NCBI GenBank assembly: GCA_944383685.1
Contig: CALWQM010000015.1
Coordinates: forward strand, 198,226 to 262,225
DNA: 64,000 bases
Reading direction: 5' to 3'
From: an uncultured Clostridia bacterium
GTDB taxonomy: Bacteria; Bacillota; Clostridia; Christensenellales; UBA1242
Positions 10,068 through 18,597 of this stretch are shown here, piece after piece. The first letter of the stretch is position 1; every line of letters begins with the position of its first letter. The notes beneath the pieces were generated by a model. It was given only the letters and a program-made list of their open reading frames with translations, made no database searches and was not told the origin of the DNA. Position numbers and translations under genes: made by a program.

Positions 10068-11474
10068 TTATGCCACATCAGCCAACTTTTCATTTGATTT
10101 ATTAAAATATACATACGAAGGATTGTCATCTGCAACATAATGCAAAACCACTTCAAAACATTCTTTTGCTTCATTAAATTTTCCTTCGTTATAATATCTC
10201 ACCCCATTTTCAAATTTATTTTTAAGTTTTTTAAGTTTTTCACGTTTATTTTTAGGATAATAATCTAAACTTTCAAAAAGGGAAATTTGCAAATCATCAA
10301 AACTTAAACAGCCAGTATATCTGTAATCAAAATCAAAATTTTGAGGTAAACTGTCAAGAGTTGACTTTGAGATTAAAATTTTTGTGCCAATATAATCATT
10401 AATTTCCTGCATTTTTGACGAAAGATTAATGACATCACTCACTATGGTTGGGCTTTTGCGTTCCTCATCCCCAACAATTCCAAAAATCAAATCCCCTGTT
10501 GTGATGCTTATTCTTGCATCAATCTTTGGCAACTCTTTTTGTCCCTTATTTTTAACTTGTATGGCCTTAATAATTGCATGAGAACATTCAATGGCATTTT
10601 GAGCTTTTGAAAACACAGCAAGCACGCCGTCACCTAAATACTTATCAATAAACCCATCATATCTTCTAACCAAAGGCGCAACTGTCTTTAAATAAGAGTT
10701 GATGTAATTAAAATTTTCTTCCAAACTTAAAGTTCTTGAAACGTTGGTTTTTAAATCACAAAAAAGTGTGGTTGCAGTTTTTTGCACTTGGTTGCCAAGC
10801 TCCAATTCTGTGATTGAATTTTTACCAAGAAATTTCAAAAATTGCTTTGGCACAAACTTTTGAGTTTCTAAATTTGTCACCCTGATTTTATTATCTTTTT
10901 CTTTATAGATATAGTTGATTTTATTAAGCGAATGTTCAATCTCTTGAAAATCTTTGCTTCCGCCAACTTTGAAGTCGTCAAATTTTGCACGGCCATCGCC
11001 TAACTTTTGTGTAATCTTCTGCACACTTTTAAGTGGTTTGCAAGCAATTATGATAAGTGTGAATAACAGAACCAAATAGACAATTGTTGCCAAAATCACC
11101 CATAATAAACTGTTATAATTTGCTGAGTTATTCAAGTTCAAAACCGCCCTAACTGATTGAGAAGTGACATCTGTCAAACTGTCAACAGCTGTGACATAAA
11201 CAATAAAAGCTCCATAAATCAATGTCAATGGCAAAGTGGAGAAAAAAAGAAGATTTGAAAGACTTAAACTTTTTAAGACTGAAATATAAAATGAAATAAG
11301 TGACACAATAAAGGCAATCAAAAAGCCAAGGGCAACCCAAGACAATGCCGAAAAAGTGAAACTGAAACCATCTTCGCTTGGCACAATTCCTTCTGCCAAA
11401 TATTTAATTAAAAAGATGTTTGGTATAAGCAAAATAATAGTTAATATAAGTAAAATTTTTGTTGATTTTTTCAT
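10068..11474 (-). CDS. membrane-bound class III adenylate/guanylate cyclase with a HAMP-like linker and C-terminal TPR-like segment
   Basis: Four to five N-terminal TM helices. The cyclase core is TLFCDLKTNVS...DKYLGDGVLAVF...ITTGDLIFGIVG...SDVINLSSK, with metal-binding Asp residues and substrate Lys in place. Confidence 0.8.
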   Translation of the reverse strand: MKKSTKILLILTIILLIPNIFLIKYLAEGIVPSEDGFSFTFSALSWVALGFLIAFIVSLISFYISVLKSLSLSNLLFFSTLPLTLIYGAFIVYVTAVDSLTDVTSQSVRAVLNLNNSANYNSLLWVILATIVYLVLLFTLIIIACKPLKSVQKITQKLGDGRAKFDDFKVGGSKDFQEIEHSLNKINYIYKEKDNKIRVTNLETQKFVPKQFLKFLGKNSITELELGNQVQKTATTLFCDLKTNVSRTLSLEENFNYINSYLKTVAPLVRRYDGFIDKYLGDGVLAVFSKAQNAIECSHAIIKAIQVKNKGQKELPKIDARISITTGDLIFGIVGDEERKSPTIVSDVINLSSKMQEINDYIGTKILISKSTLDSLPQNFDFDYRYTGCLSFDDLQISLFESLDYYPKNKREKLKKLKNKFENGVRYYNEGKFNEAKECFEVVLHYVADDNPSYVYFNKSNEKLADVA

Positions 11475-11568
11475 GTTTTTATTTTGAGAAAAAAAGTTTA
11501 ATTGTATGCATGATTTTTACGCATAATATGTCGAAAAATGAAGAAAATATAAATAAGGAGATTTAAAA

Positions 11569-12012
11569 ATGGAAGAGAAAGAATTGATAACAAAATATCT
11601 TAATGCAATTTATCAAAACATAAGAACAGCTATTCAATCAATTGAAGATATCATAAAAAAGGTTGAAGATGATGCCTTTATAAGCGAACTGAGTAAAGAG
11701 CAAGATGGTTACTCCTGTCTTGCAAAAGAATGTGAAGCATTTGCAAAAGCAGAAAAGATTGAAGATATAAAAGATAACAACTGGATTGAAAAAGCGAAAC
11801 TTTGGACAAGCGTCAATATGTCAACTTTGACTGATAATTCAAATCGTAAGATTGCAGAACTTATGCTGATTGGCACATTTATGGGGATTATCACCTGCTT
11901 AAAAGATAAAAGTGACCATAAGGGCATTTCCAAGGAATTAGACGAAATTATCGATAAATTATACAATTATGAACGCAACAATATCGACAGACTTTTACCA
12001 TATTTAGACTAA
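11569..12012 (+). CDS. hypothetical helical protein
   Basis: 147-aa ORF with a strong AAGGAG RBS. No family recognised. Confidence 0.5.
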   Translation: MEEKELITKYLNAIYQNIRTAIQSIEDIIKKVEDDAFISELSKEQDGYSCLAKECEAFAKAEKIEDIKDNNWIEKAKLWTSVNMSTLTDNSNRKIAELMLIGTFMGIITCLKDKSDHKGISKELDEIIDKLYNYERNNIDRLLPYLD

Positions 12013-12026
12013 ATTTTAAAGCAAAT

Positions 12027-12064
12027 AAAAAGATAGTGAAATTATTTTGTCACTATCTTTTTTC
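12027..12064. terminator. bidirectional rho-independent terminator
   Basis: AAAA-AGATAGTGA-loop-TCACTATCT-TTTTTT between the convergent genes ending at 12012 (+) and 12091 (-). Confidence 0.75.
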
Positions 12065-12090
12065 ATTAATTCCAATAGAAATTTACAAAA

Positions 12091-15000
12091 TCACACACAC
12101 CCATATTCACTGACCTTAATTGTGAATTGAACACCTTGAAGATTAGTGCAAAGGTTTTGTGTAGGCATCCCAAGTTCGGTGTAAGATTTTATTGTGCTTA
12201 TATTTGAACCTAAGTTTCTTGTGTAATATTGCTTTATGCCATCCCCCAATATGTCACTTACAAGGTCACTGAATTTAACTGAATACTTCGCTGAACCTGT
12301 TTTGTTATTCAATGCACTTGATATCTCATCAGCAGAAGAAATAAACACATTTGCTGACTGACTGCTGCTTGTTGTTCCTGTTGGGCTGAAACTTTCAACA
12401 TTTGCACTGAATGTTGCTAAATAGGTTGTGGATGTTATGTTTTTCTTGAACTCGTCTAAAGTTGTTGTGACATAGCCAGAGTTGAGTCCAATCTCAGTTG
12501 CCGAATATTGCCCTGCATACACTATGGTATCTAACACTGCAAAGGTGTCTGTGGTTGTTCCATAACCTGACTTTTGTGAAGAAGAATATGCAAGTCTCCA
12601 CCTGATTGGCTCAACTTTATACCACCTAGTGTCATTTTCACTAAACTTATAGTAACAATATTCTTCGCCATTATACATTCTTGTATTTAATGTTTTACCT
12701 GCAATCGTGTATGTTTTACCTGTGTCGTTACCAGAAGTTAAGCCATTAATTATTGTTTGGTCTGTCACTCTTGACTGTGGAAACATTCCAAGTTCAACAT
12801 ACCAATATCCGCCTTCTTCATCGTAGTATGCTGGGTTGTTTGCCTGCCAATGTGCATATACTGTTAAATCGCCATCATGTTTATACTGCTTATTCTGCCA
12901 GTAATTTCCATTAACACATTGTCCATTCGCATCATATACCTTCTCGCCACCTGTTGCTGATGTGTAAAAGCCTGTAAAAGTAAAGCCTGTCCTTGTTGGT
13001 CTATTCCCTGCCACATCACTCCAATTTCCTAAGTCAAAAACAAGTTTAGGTGACATGACTTGCGTGTCTGGCGTTCCACCATTACCTTTTAAAGTTAAAG
13101 TATATTGTTTTGCTATCCATTGTGCAACAAGTTCAACATTGCCATATCTCCCATTCACACTTTCGCCTGCCTTGTATGTTGTTGCACTTGACCAACTTCC
13201 CGAACTTGCCTTTGGTTTCCAGCCATTAAAGGTGTAGCCTGTTCGTGTGGTTGAAGTGAGTGTTGATGTGCTTTCAATTGTGTAACTTAAATCACTTACT
13301 GTGTTTCCACCATTTTCGTTATAAGTTATTGTATATGACACAACATTCCATTTAGCATACAAATTCACTGTTTCTCCATTTGAACTTGTCAAATTTTTAA
13401 CGCTTTGCTTATCTGTGTAAGCAACCGAACCGCTTGCACTTGTCGCCCAGCCTGCAAAGGTATATCCTGTCTTTGCAAACGCGTTGGCTGTTAAGTTTTG
13501 TGCTTTGTCATATGTGAAGGTTTGATTACTCATGCTTCCACTTGTTGCACCATTGCCATTGAATTTAACATAGTAGGTGTTCGCTGTCCACTGTGCATAT
13601 AAGGTTGCATTACCATTCCCAGAATATGATGCGCCATTATTATAATGTGTGCCTGTTCCAGCAGCATTTGTATTCCAACCATTTGCAGTATAGCCTGTTT
13701 TCGTGTAACTGTTTGTTGGAAGAGTTATATTCAAACCATGCGCTTTTGATACTGGATTTGGTGCTGGTCCACTTCCACCTGTGTTGCCATTGCCATTGTA
13801 TGTAATTTTATATTGTTCTCTCACATACACATTAACTGTTGCATTTGCAGTTGTTGACCATAAATATTGATATGAATTTGTGATAGATCCTGTTGATGCT
13901 GAACCATTGCCCATGTAATATGTATATGAAGTGTTAACTCTTGAAATTGTTATTGTCTGCGAACTTGGTCTACAATACGTTGTTAATGCATACGAACCAT
14001 TTGACGATAGTGTTTGACTTAGTCCTAAGGAAGAATTTGTTGCAGTTATATTCGTTGAATGGGTGTAACCACCATAAGCATATTTGATTGTTAATGTGTA
14101 AGTTTTGGCAAATAGGCCATAGACACTTGACCGAGTAGATGCAGTAAAAGAATATGATGTTGATGTTGAAAACCTGCTTGTGCTTTCGCTTGATACTGAA
14201 GGTTCTGCAGAATACCACCCTACAAACTGATAACCACTATTGGCTGTTGCTGTTAAGGTAACAGTTTTTGAATATACAGATGAAAAACTATAAGCGGTTG
14301 AAGTTCCTGAAAAGGTATAACTACTTGCAGAATTTAATGTATTTGTATATGAAACCTTAATTGAGCCGCCAGTCCCACCCAAACTTATTGTGTCATATGT
14401 TGTAGTGTACCGGTTATACATTGTTATTGACTGATACCGCACGAATAAGGCAACTCGAGCATATGGAGCTCCTGTAGTAGGATAAAATGTATAACGACTA
14501 CTTGATGAAAGCGGACTTCCCTGTAGTGTTGAAGCACTTGTTGAATCAAACCAACCACGAAAAACATATCCACTTTTTGATGTAGAAGTTAATGTAATTG
14601 CACTATTATATCTTGCATAAAAACTATTATTATAAACAGATGATATAGAACTATTTCCACCTGAAGTACTCGTGTATTGTACATTTACTGTTCCACCTGT
14701 GCTACCATTATAAAAATTCGAATAATCACTTGTATAATAAGCATAAATTTTAATCTCTGGAGCATATATAGCATATAACGTTTTAGCAGAATTTGAAAAA
14801 GTTTCAGGCAATGTTAAATATCCATTGTCAAAATAAAAAGAAGGAGTTGAATTTGCATTATATGAAAGACCAATAACTTCATATCCTGGAATTTCTTTAA
14901 AATCATACCCACGAGCTAACACTCCTTCTGTTGTTCCAGCATCCATCATTGCTTCATATTTAGGGCTACCATAAACTCCAGGACTATCCCACCAACAAAT

Positions 15001-15735
15001 ATCAAGACGATATTGTGCTCTAAATCTCATATAAACTCTAAACTTTGTTGTGGAAGATACACTTGAAGCTGCTGGTTTTGAAGCAAATACACAAGTGGAA
15101 TTATATGCATAATACTCGCAATTTGTCGATAAGCTACCTTGGTCATCCGAATTATCCCAAGTACTACTTGTAGCCATTCCACAATAAGACATATCGACAT
15201 CTAATAGATAATCACTTTTCGCAGGCATAATTTTTGCATATCTTTTATATGTTTTAGAAAATAATCCGCTTGATTTATATTGACCATGAACATAAGAAGC
15301 TTCAACATAACCGCTACTGGCTTGACTTGTATTTGCAAAAGATTCAAATGTTACATCATCTCCCCAATCTTTAGCCGTTCCATTTTCATCATACCACCAT
15401 ATTCTTAGCAATTTACTTCTATTTTCCTCTACTCCTGCAGCAACTACACTCCAACTTGTATTACTAGTTCTTATCTGAGCTTGAATATAAAAATCTTGAT
15501 CTGTGGCAAATTCCTCTATATTATCATCACTATTTCCATTACCACCGTCTTTTTCTGAGCCACCATCTGCATCTTCGTCGTTATTGTCATTTTCACTATC
15601 ACTATTATTTTCATTCTCTTGATTATTCTCTTCTTGAGACTGGGAATAGTCACAGCCCGCCAAAAGAAAAACTCCACCACCAAGTGTAATACCTAATAAT
15701 ATAAATGTAAGAAGGCTAAAAATAAATTTTTTCAT
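12091..15735 (-). CDS. large surface lipoprotein with Listeria-Bacteroides (Flg_new / InlB B-repeat-like) repeats and a DUF6273-like C-terminal module
   Basis: Lipobox LLAGC at residues 24-28, followed by an acidic Asn/Asp/Glu linker. Repeats of the type KTGYT(F/A)xGW...Y...A.W map to about 12918-13818. The C-terminal region carries VEPIRWRL ... VFISSADEI ... GVQFTIKV. Confidence 0.8.
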   Translation of the reverse strand: MKKFIFSLLTFILLGITLGGGVFLLAGCDYSQSQEENNQENENNSDSENDNNDEDADGGSEKDGGNGNSDDNIEEFATDQDFYIQAQIRTSNTSWSVVAAGVEENRSKLLRIWWYDENGTAKDWGDDVTFESFANTSQASSGYVEASYVHGQYKSSGLFSKTYKRYAKIMPAKSDYLLDVDMSYCGMATSSTWDNSDDQGSLSTNCEYYAYNSTCVFASKPAASSVSSTTKFRVYMRFRAQYRLDICWWDSPGVYGSPKYEAMMDAGTTEGVLARGYDFKEIPGYEVIGLSYNANSTPSFYFDNGYLTLPETFSNSAKTLYAIYAPEIKIYAYYTSDYSNFYNGSTGGTVNVQYTSTSGGNSSISSVYNNSFYARYNSAITLTSTSKSGYVFRGWFDSTSASTLQGSPLSSSSRYTFYPTTGAPYARVALFVRYQSITMYNRYTTTYDTISLGGTGGSIKVSYTNTLNSASSYTFSGTSTAYSFSSVYSKTVTLTATANSGYQFVGWYSAEPSVSSESTSRFSTSTSYSFTASTRSSVYGLFAKTYTLTIKYAYGGYTHSTNITATNSSLGLSQTLSSNGSYALTTYCRPSSQTITISRVNTSYTYYMGNGSASTGSITNSYQYLWSTTANATVNVYVREQYKITYNGNGNTGGSGPAPNPVSKAHGLNITLPTNSYTKTGYTANGWNTNAAGTGTHYNNGASYSGNGNATLYAQWTANTYYVKFNGNGATSGSMSNQTFTYDKAQNLTANAFAKTGYTFAGWATSASGSVAYTDKQSVKNLTSSNGETVNLYAKWNVVSYTITYNENGGNTVSDLSYTIESTSTLTSTTRTGYTFNGWKPKASSGSWSSATTYKAGESVNGRYGNVELVAQWIAKQYTLTLKGNGGTPDTQVMSPKLVFDLGNWSDVAGNRPTRTGFTFTGFYTSATGGEKVYDANGQCVNGNYWQNKQYKHDGDLTVYAHWQANNPAYYDEEGGYWYVELGMFPQSRVTDQTIINGLTSGNDTGKTYTIAGKTLNTRMYNGEEYCYYKFSENDTRWYKVEPIRWRLAYSSSQKSGYGTTTDTFAVLDTIVYAGQYSATEIGLNSGYVTTTLDEFKKNITSTTYLATFSANVESFSPTGTTSSSQSANVFISSADEISSALNNKTGSAKYSVKFSDLVSDILGDGIKQYYTRNLGSNISTIKSYTELGMPTQNLCTNLQGVQFTIKVSEYGCV

Positions 15736-15800
15736 AATTTATTATCTCTTTAAACTCCATTAATACATTGAAGCCCAAATTATCATGTTTTTCATTTTTG

Positions 15801-15832
15801 ATTTTACCAAATACCCTCCCCCCCCGAGTCAA
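15801..15832 (-). promoter_or_regulatory. candidate promoter of the 1214-aa lipoprotein gene with an extended -10 and a 20-nt spacer containing a G8 tract
   Basis: Minus strand reads TTGACT (15827-15832) CGGGGGGGGAGGGTATTTGG TAAAAT (15801-15806). TGG precedes the -10 hexamer. Confidence 0.5.
15818..15825. repeat. C8/G8 homopolymer tract
   Basis: Eight consecutive C on the plus strand. It is the longest G/C run I could find in this AT-rich window. Confidence 0.95.
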
Positions 15833-15865
15833 CTTTTTTGAGGTATATTTATATATATTTTAATA

Positions 15866-15897
15866 TTTTTGTAATCTTTTTGTAATCTTTTTGTGTA
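15866..15897. repeat. 2.9 tandem copies of an 11-bp unit (tttttgtaatc)
   Basis: tttttgtaatc tttttgtaatc tttttgtgta. On the gene strand these are A5 tracts phased at 11 bp, 35-65 nt upstream of the -35 box. Confidence 0.85.
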
Positions 15898-15978
15898 TAA
15901 TTATGGAACATAATAAAAAAAATAAAGATAAAAAATCTTCTTGTTTGATTACTGATACTATTCGCATGATTTTTTAGA

Positions 15979-16818
15979 CTATTTTTTGTTTATTAAATCC
16001 CTTAAACTTTGATTCACATCAAAGTTCAATGAAAGTTTCAAAATAAACTCATCACTTAAAATTGTGCTTTTACCATTTTCTTGCATCAAAACAAAAAGGT
16101 AAGTTTTGTTTCCCTCAATCTTATTCAAGATATCTTTAAGTTTTGTATTTTCATTAATTACATAAATTTTTGGTTTGGAAAAATTTTTCATTTTTTTGTT
16201 AAAAACATTAATTTTTTCATATTTACTTAAAAAATTCAAATCTAAAACTCCCATTGTTAAAAAAACAGCAAACAAAAGATAAGTTGGATTGAAATTTATA
16301 AAACAAAAAATGAAGAAAAGAATGAAAAACATAACGCTTAAAACAACATTAAAAATTATGGTTATTTTTAACGCTTTTCGTCTTTCAACAATATTTGAAA
16401 ATAATGACACAAAAATCCTTCCCCCATCCAGTGGAAAGGCAGGCAAAAGATTTGTGAGAGCAATAATTAAATTGACCTCAACAAAATTATATGAAACCAA
16501 ATAAAATGTTGGAAATATCCACCAAAAAGCAACCGTTATAAGTGCAACAACAAGATTCACAACAGGCCCTGCAAGAGCAATATAAATTTCATCTTTTTGC
16601 TCCAAAGTCTGCCCATAATAAGATAAACTTACCCCATAAGGAGACAATGAAAACTTCGACAATTTATATCCGCAATATTTGGCAACATAATAATGCCCAA
16701 GTTCATGAATAAGAATGACAAGAAAATAACTTACAGCCACAATAATGTCTGTTGCAAAAATCAGCCAAATCAAAATAATGAAAAATGCTGGATTAACATT
16801 AAATTTTCTTTCTTTCAT
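15979..16818 (-). CDS. M50 family site-2 metalloprotease (SpoIVFB-like)
   Basis: HELGHYYVAKY (HExxH) in a TM helix, the second motif NLLPAFPLDGGRI, and a soluble C-terminal CBS-like domain. Confidence 0.85.
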   Translation of the reverse strand: MKERKFNVNPAFFIILIWLIFATDIIVAVSYFLVILIHELGHYYVAKYCGYKLSKFSLSPYGVSLSYYGQTLEQKDEIYIALAGPVVNLVVALITVAFWWIFPTFYLVSYNFVEVNLIIALTNLLPAFPLDGGRIFVSLFSNIVERRKALKITIIFNVVLSVMFFILFFIFCFINFNPTYLLFAVFLTMGVLDLNFLSKYEKINVFNKKMKNFSKPKIYVINENTKLKDILNKIEGNKTYLFVLMQENGKSTILSDEFILKLSLNFDVNQSLRDLINKK

Positions 16819-16825
16819 ACCTTCC

Positions 16826-16966
16826 TTAACTAAACAACAAACTTGAAATGGTTATAATCACAAAAACAGTGATAAAAAACAAAGGTAAAACAACTTTAAG
16901 TTTTATCTTGTATCCCTTTTTGATTGGCTCATATTTTTCACCATAAGATTTAAGTTTCTTGTCCAT
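16826..16966 (-). CDS. possible 46-aa single-TM peptide upstream of the M50 protease
   Basis: MDKKLKSYGEKYEPIKKGYKIKLKVVLPLFFITVFVIITISSLLFS ends 8 nt before the protease start. No clear RBS, and below the ORF-track size cutoff. Confidence 0.3.
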   Translation of the reverse strand: MDKKLKSYGEKYEPIKKGYKIKLKVVLPLFFITVFVIITISSLLFS

Positions 16967-17039
16967 TAAAATATTATATGAAAAAAAGAAAAAGAGCATA
17001 ACCCCTTTTTTACTTTAATTACATTAAAAAATGGCGACA

Positions 17040-17717
17040 TTAAGATACATCGCCATTAACTTTGTTTAATTCATCTTCACCTTTTAAGAAATCTGGAAGT
17101 TCTTCTGTTTTAAGTTCAAATTCATTATAAAGGCTGTCACTTTGAGCAGCATTGATTTCTTCTTGGTTGATAACCTTAATCCTTTCAAGAAGTTGCTCGT
17201 AATCTGGAAGTTCCGCCAAATCTTGCAAATTAAATCTCTTTAAAAAGGTTTCAGTTGTTCCAAAAAGAAGTGGTTTTCCAACTGCATCCTTACGGCCAAC
17301 AACTTCAATCATATTTTGGTCAACCAAAATTTGCACCGCATAGTCGCAATTAACACGTCTAATATCCTCAATTTCAAGTTTTGTGATTGGTTGCTTATAT
17401 GCAATAATTGCCAAAGTTTCAAGAGCAGCACGAGTTAAAGATTTTTCTCTTACTGGGTTTAACACTTCACTGATATAGTCTGCATACAAAGGGTTGGAAG
17501 CAAGTTGAACTTTGTTTTTATATTTAATCACATGGATGCCTTTTTCATTGTTATATTCCTTGCAAAGTTCATCAATTACCTCTTCAAGTTCTTTTGGCGT
17601 AATTTCAAGTTTTTGCAAAATAAATTCTTTGTCAAGCCCATCGCCTGCCACAAAAAGTATGGAAAGAATTATTTCTTTTAAATCTTTTTTATTTTCAACT
17701 TTCATATTACACCTCAT
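17040..17717 (-). CDS. scpB: segregation and condensation protein B
   Basis: [12 protein letters not shown]...[30 protein letters not shown] winged-helix pattern, located downstream of scpA. The ATG at 17705 (GAGGTG RBS) is an alternative start. Confidence 0.9.
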   Translation of the reverse strand: [225 protein letters not shown]

Positions 17718-18486
17718 TTGCAGTTATGATAATTTGCCCAAAAGTTCCATTTTGAAGCACTTTAACAGTTTGCAATTTCAAAAGTTCAAGAAGTGCCAAG
17801 AACACATTGATAAGTTCACTTTTTGTCATATCATCTTGGAAAAGTTCTTCAAATTCAAATCTTTTTCTTTCTTTTGCAAAGTTACGAATTGCAATGATTT
17901 TCTCAGCAACCGTGAATCTATCCTTAACAATTTTCTTTGGTTCTTCATTCTTAATTGCTTTTTGAAGTTCTTCTTTTGTGAGCAGTTTTGCAAAAGCATC
18001 CAAAAGCTGTTCAAGCACCATATCCTTCATAACAATCTTAACTTTCTCTGTTTCTTTGCCAGGCGCCCTGTAAAGTTTATTGATATCTTCAATTTGCTTT
18101 AATTCTTGACCTGCCTTTTTGAAAAGTTCATATTCCTTCAAACGTCTAAGCAAAATTGCTTCATCATCTTCTTCATCATCTTGAACTGCCTCTTGTTCAA
18201 CAGGAAGAAGTTTCTTTGATTTAATTTCAATAAGTGTTGCAGCAACTGTGATAAACTCGCTTGCCTTATCCATATCAACATTTTTTAAGTCTTGCATATA
18301 GTTGAGATATTGTTCAGTTACATCCGCAAGTTTGACGGTTGCAATGTCAAGTTTTGCTTCTTTAATTAAGTGCAAAAGTAAATCAAGAGGCCCCTCAAAA
18401 TTATCTAATTTAAAACGATAATCATCAGTTGATAAAAGCATGTCGGTTTGTTCGTTATTTTCAGCGACAACATTTTCTTCTTCCAT
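17707..18486 (-). CDS. scpA: segregation and condensation protein A
   Basis: N-terminal FEGPLDLLLHLI motif; 259 aa; overlaps scpB. Confidence 0.9.
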   Translation of the reverse strand: MEEENVVAENNEQTDMLLSTDDYRFKLDNFEGPLDLLLHLIKEAKLDIATVKLADVTEQYLNYMQDLKNVDMDKASEFITVAATLIEIKSKKLLPVEQEAVQDDEEDDEAILLRRLKEYELFKKAGQELKQIEDINKLYRAPGKETEKVKIVMKDMVLEQLLDAFAKLLTKEELQKAIKNEEPKKIVKDRFTVAEKIIAIRNFAKERKRFEFEELFQDDMTKSELINVFLALLELLKLQTVKVLQNGTFGQIIITANEV

Positions 18487-18557
18487 GCCCTTTATCTCCT
18501 TTTAATTATTCATAAATTAATTATAGCAAATTAAAGGAAAGAATAGCAAGTAAATAA

Positions 18558-18590
18558 AAGAAAAAAGAACGCTTTAAATATGCGTTCTTT
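18558..18590 (-). terminator. terminator downstream of the DD-carboxypeptidase gene
   Basis: AAGAACGC-loop-GCGTTCTT followed by TTTTTTCTTTT on the minus strand. Confidence 0.7.
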
Positions 18591-18597
18591 TATGTTT

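Noticed and set aside
10068-11474. Class III cyclase as a possible Pycsar/CBASS-like anti-phage cyclase
   Set aside because: The architecture (multi-TM sensor, HAMP-like linker, TPR) is that of a signalling cyclase. There is no adjacent cNMP-binding TM or TIR effector. The neighbours are housekeeping genes (mnmA, TM2 protein).
17512-18102. 196-aa plus-strand ORF overlapping scpA and scpB
   Set aside because: It is antisense to two well-supported genes. The Phe/Leu/Ser/Ile-rich low-complexity translation is typical of the reverse frame of AT-rich coding DNA, and there is no RBS.
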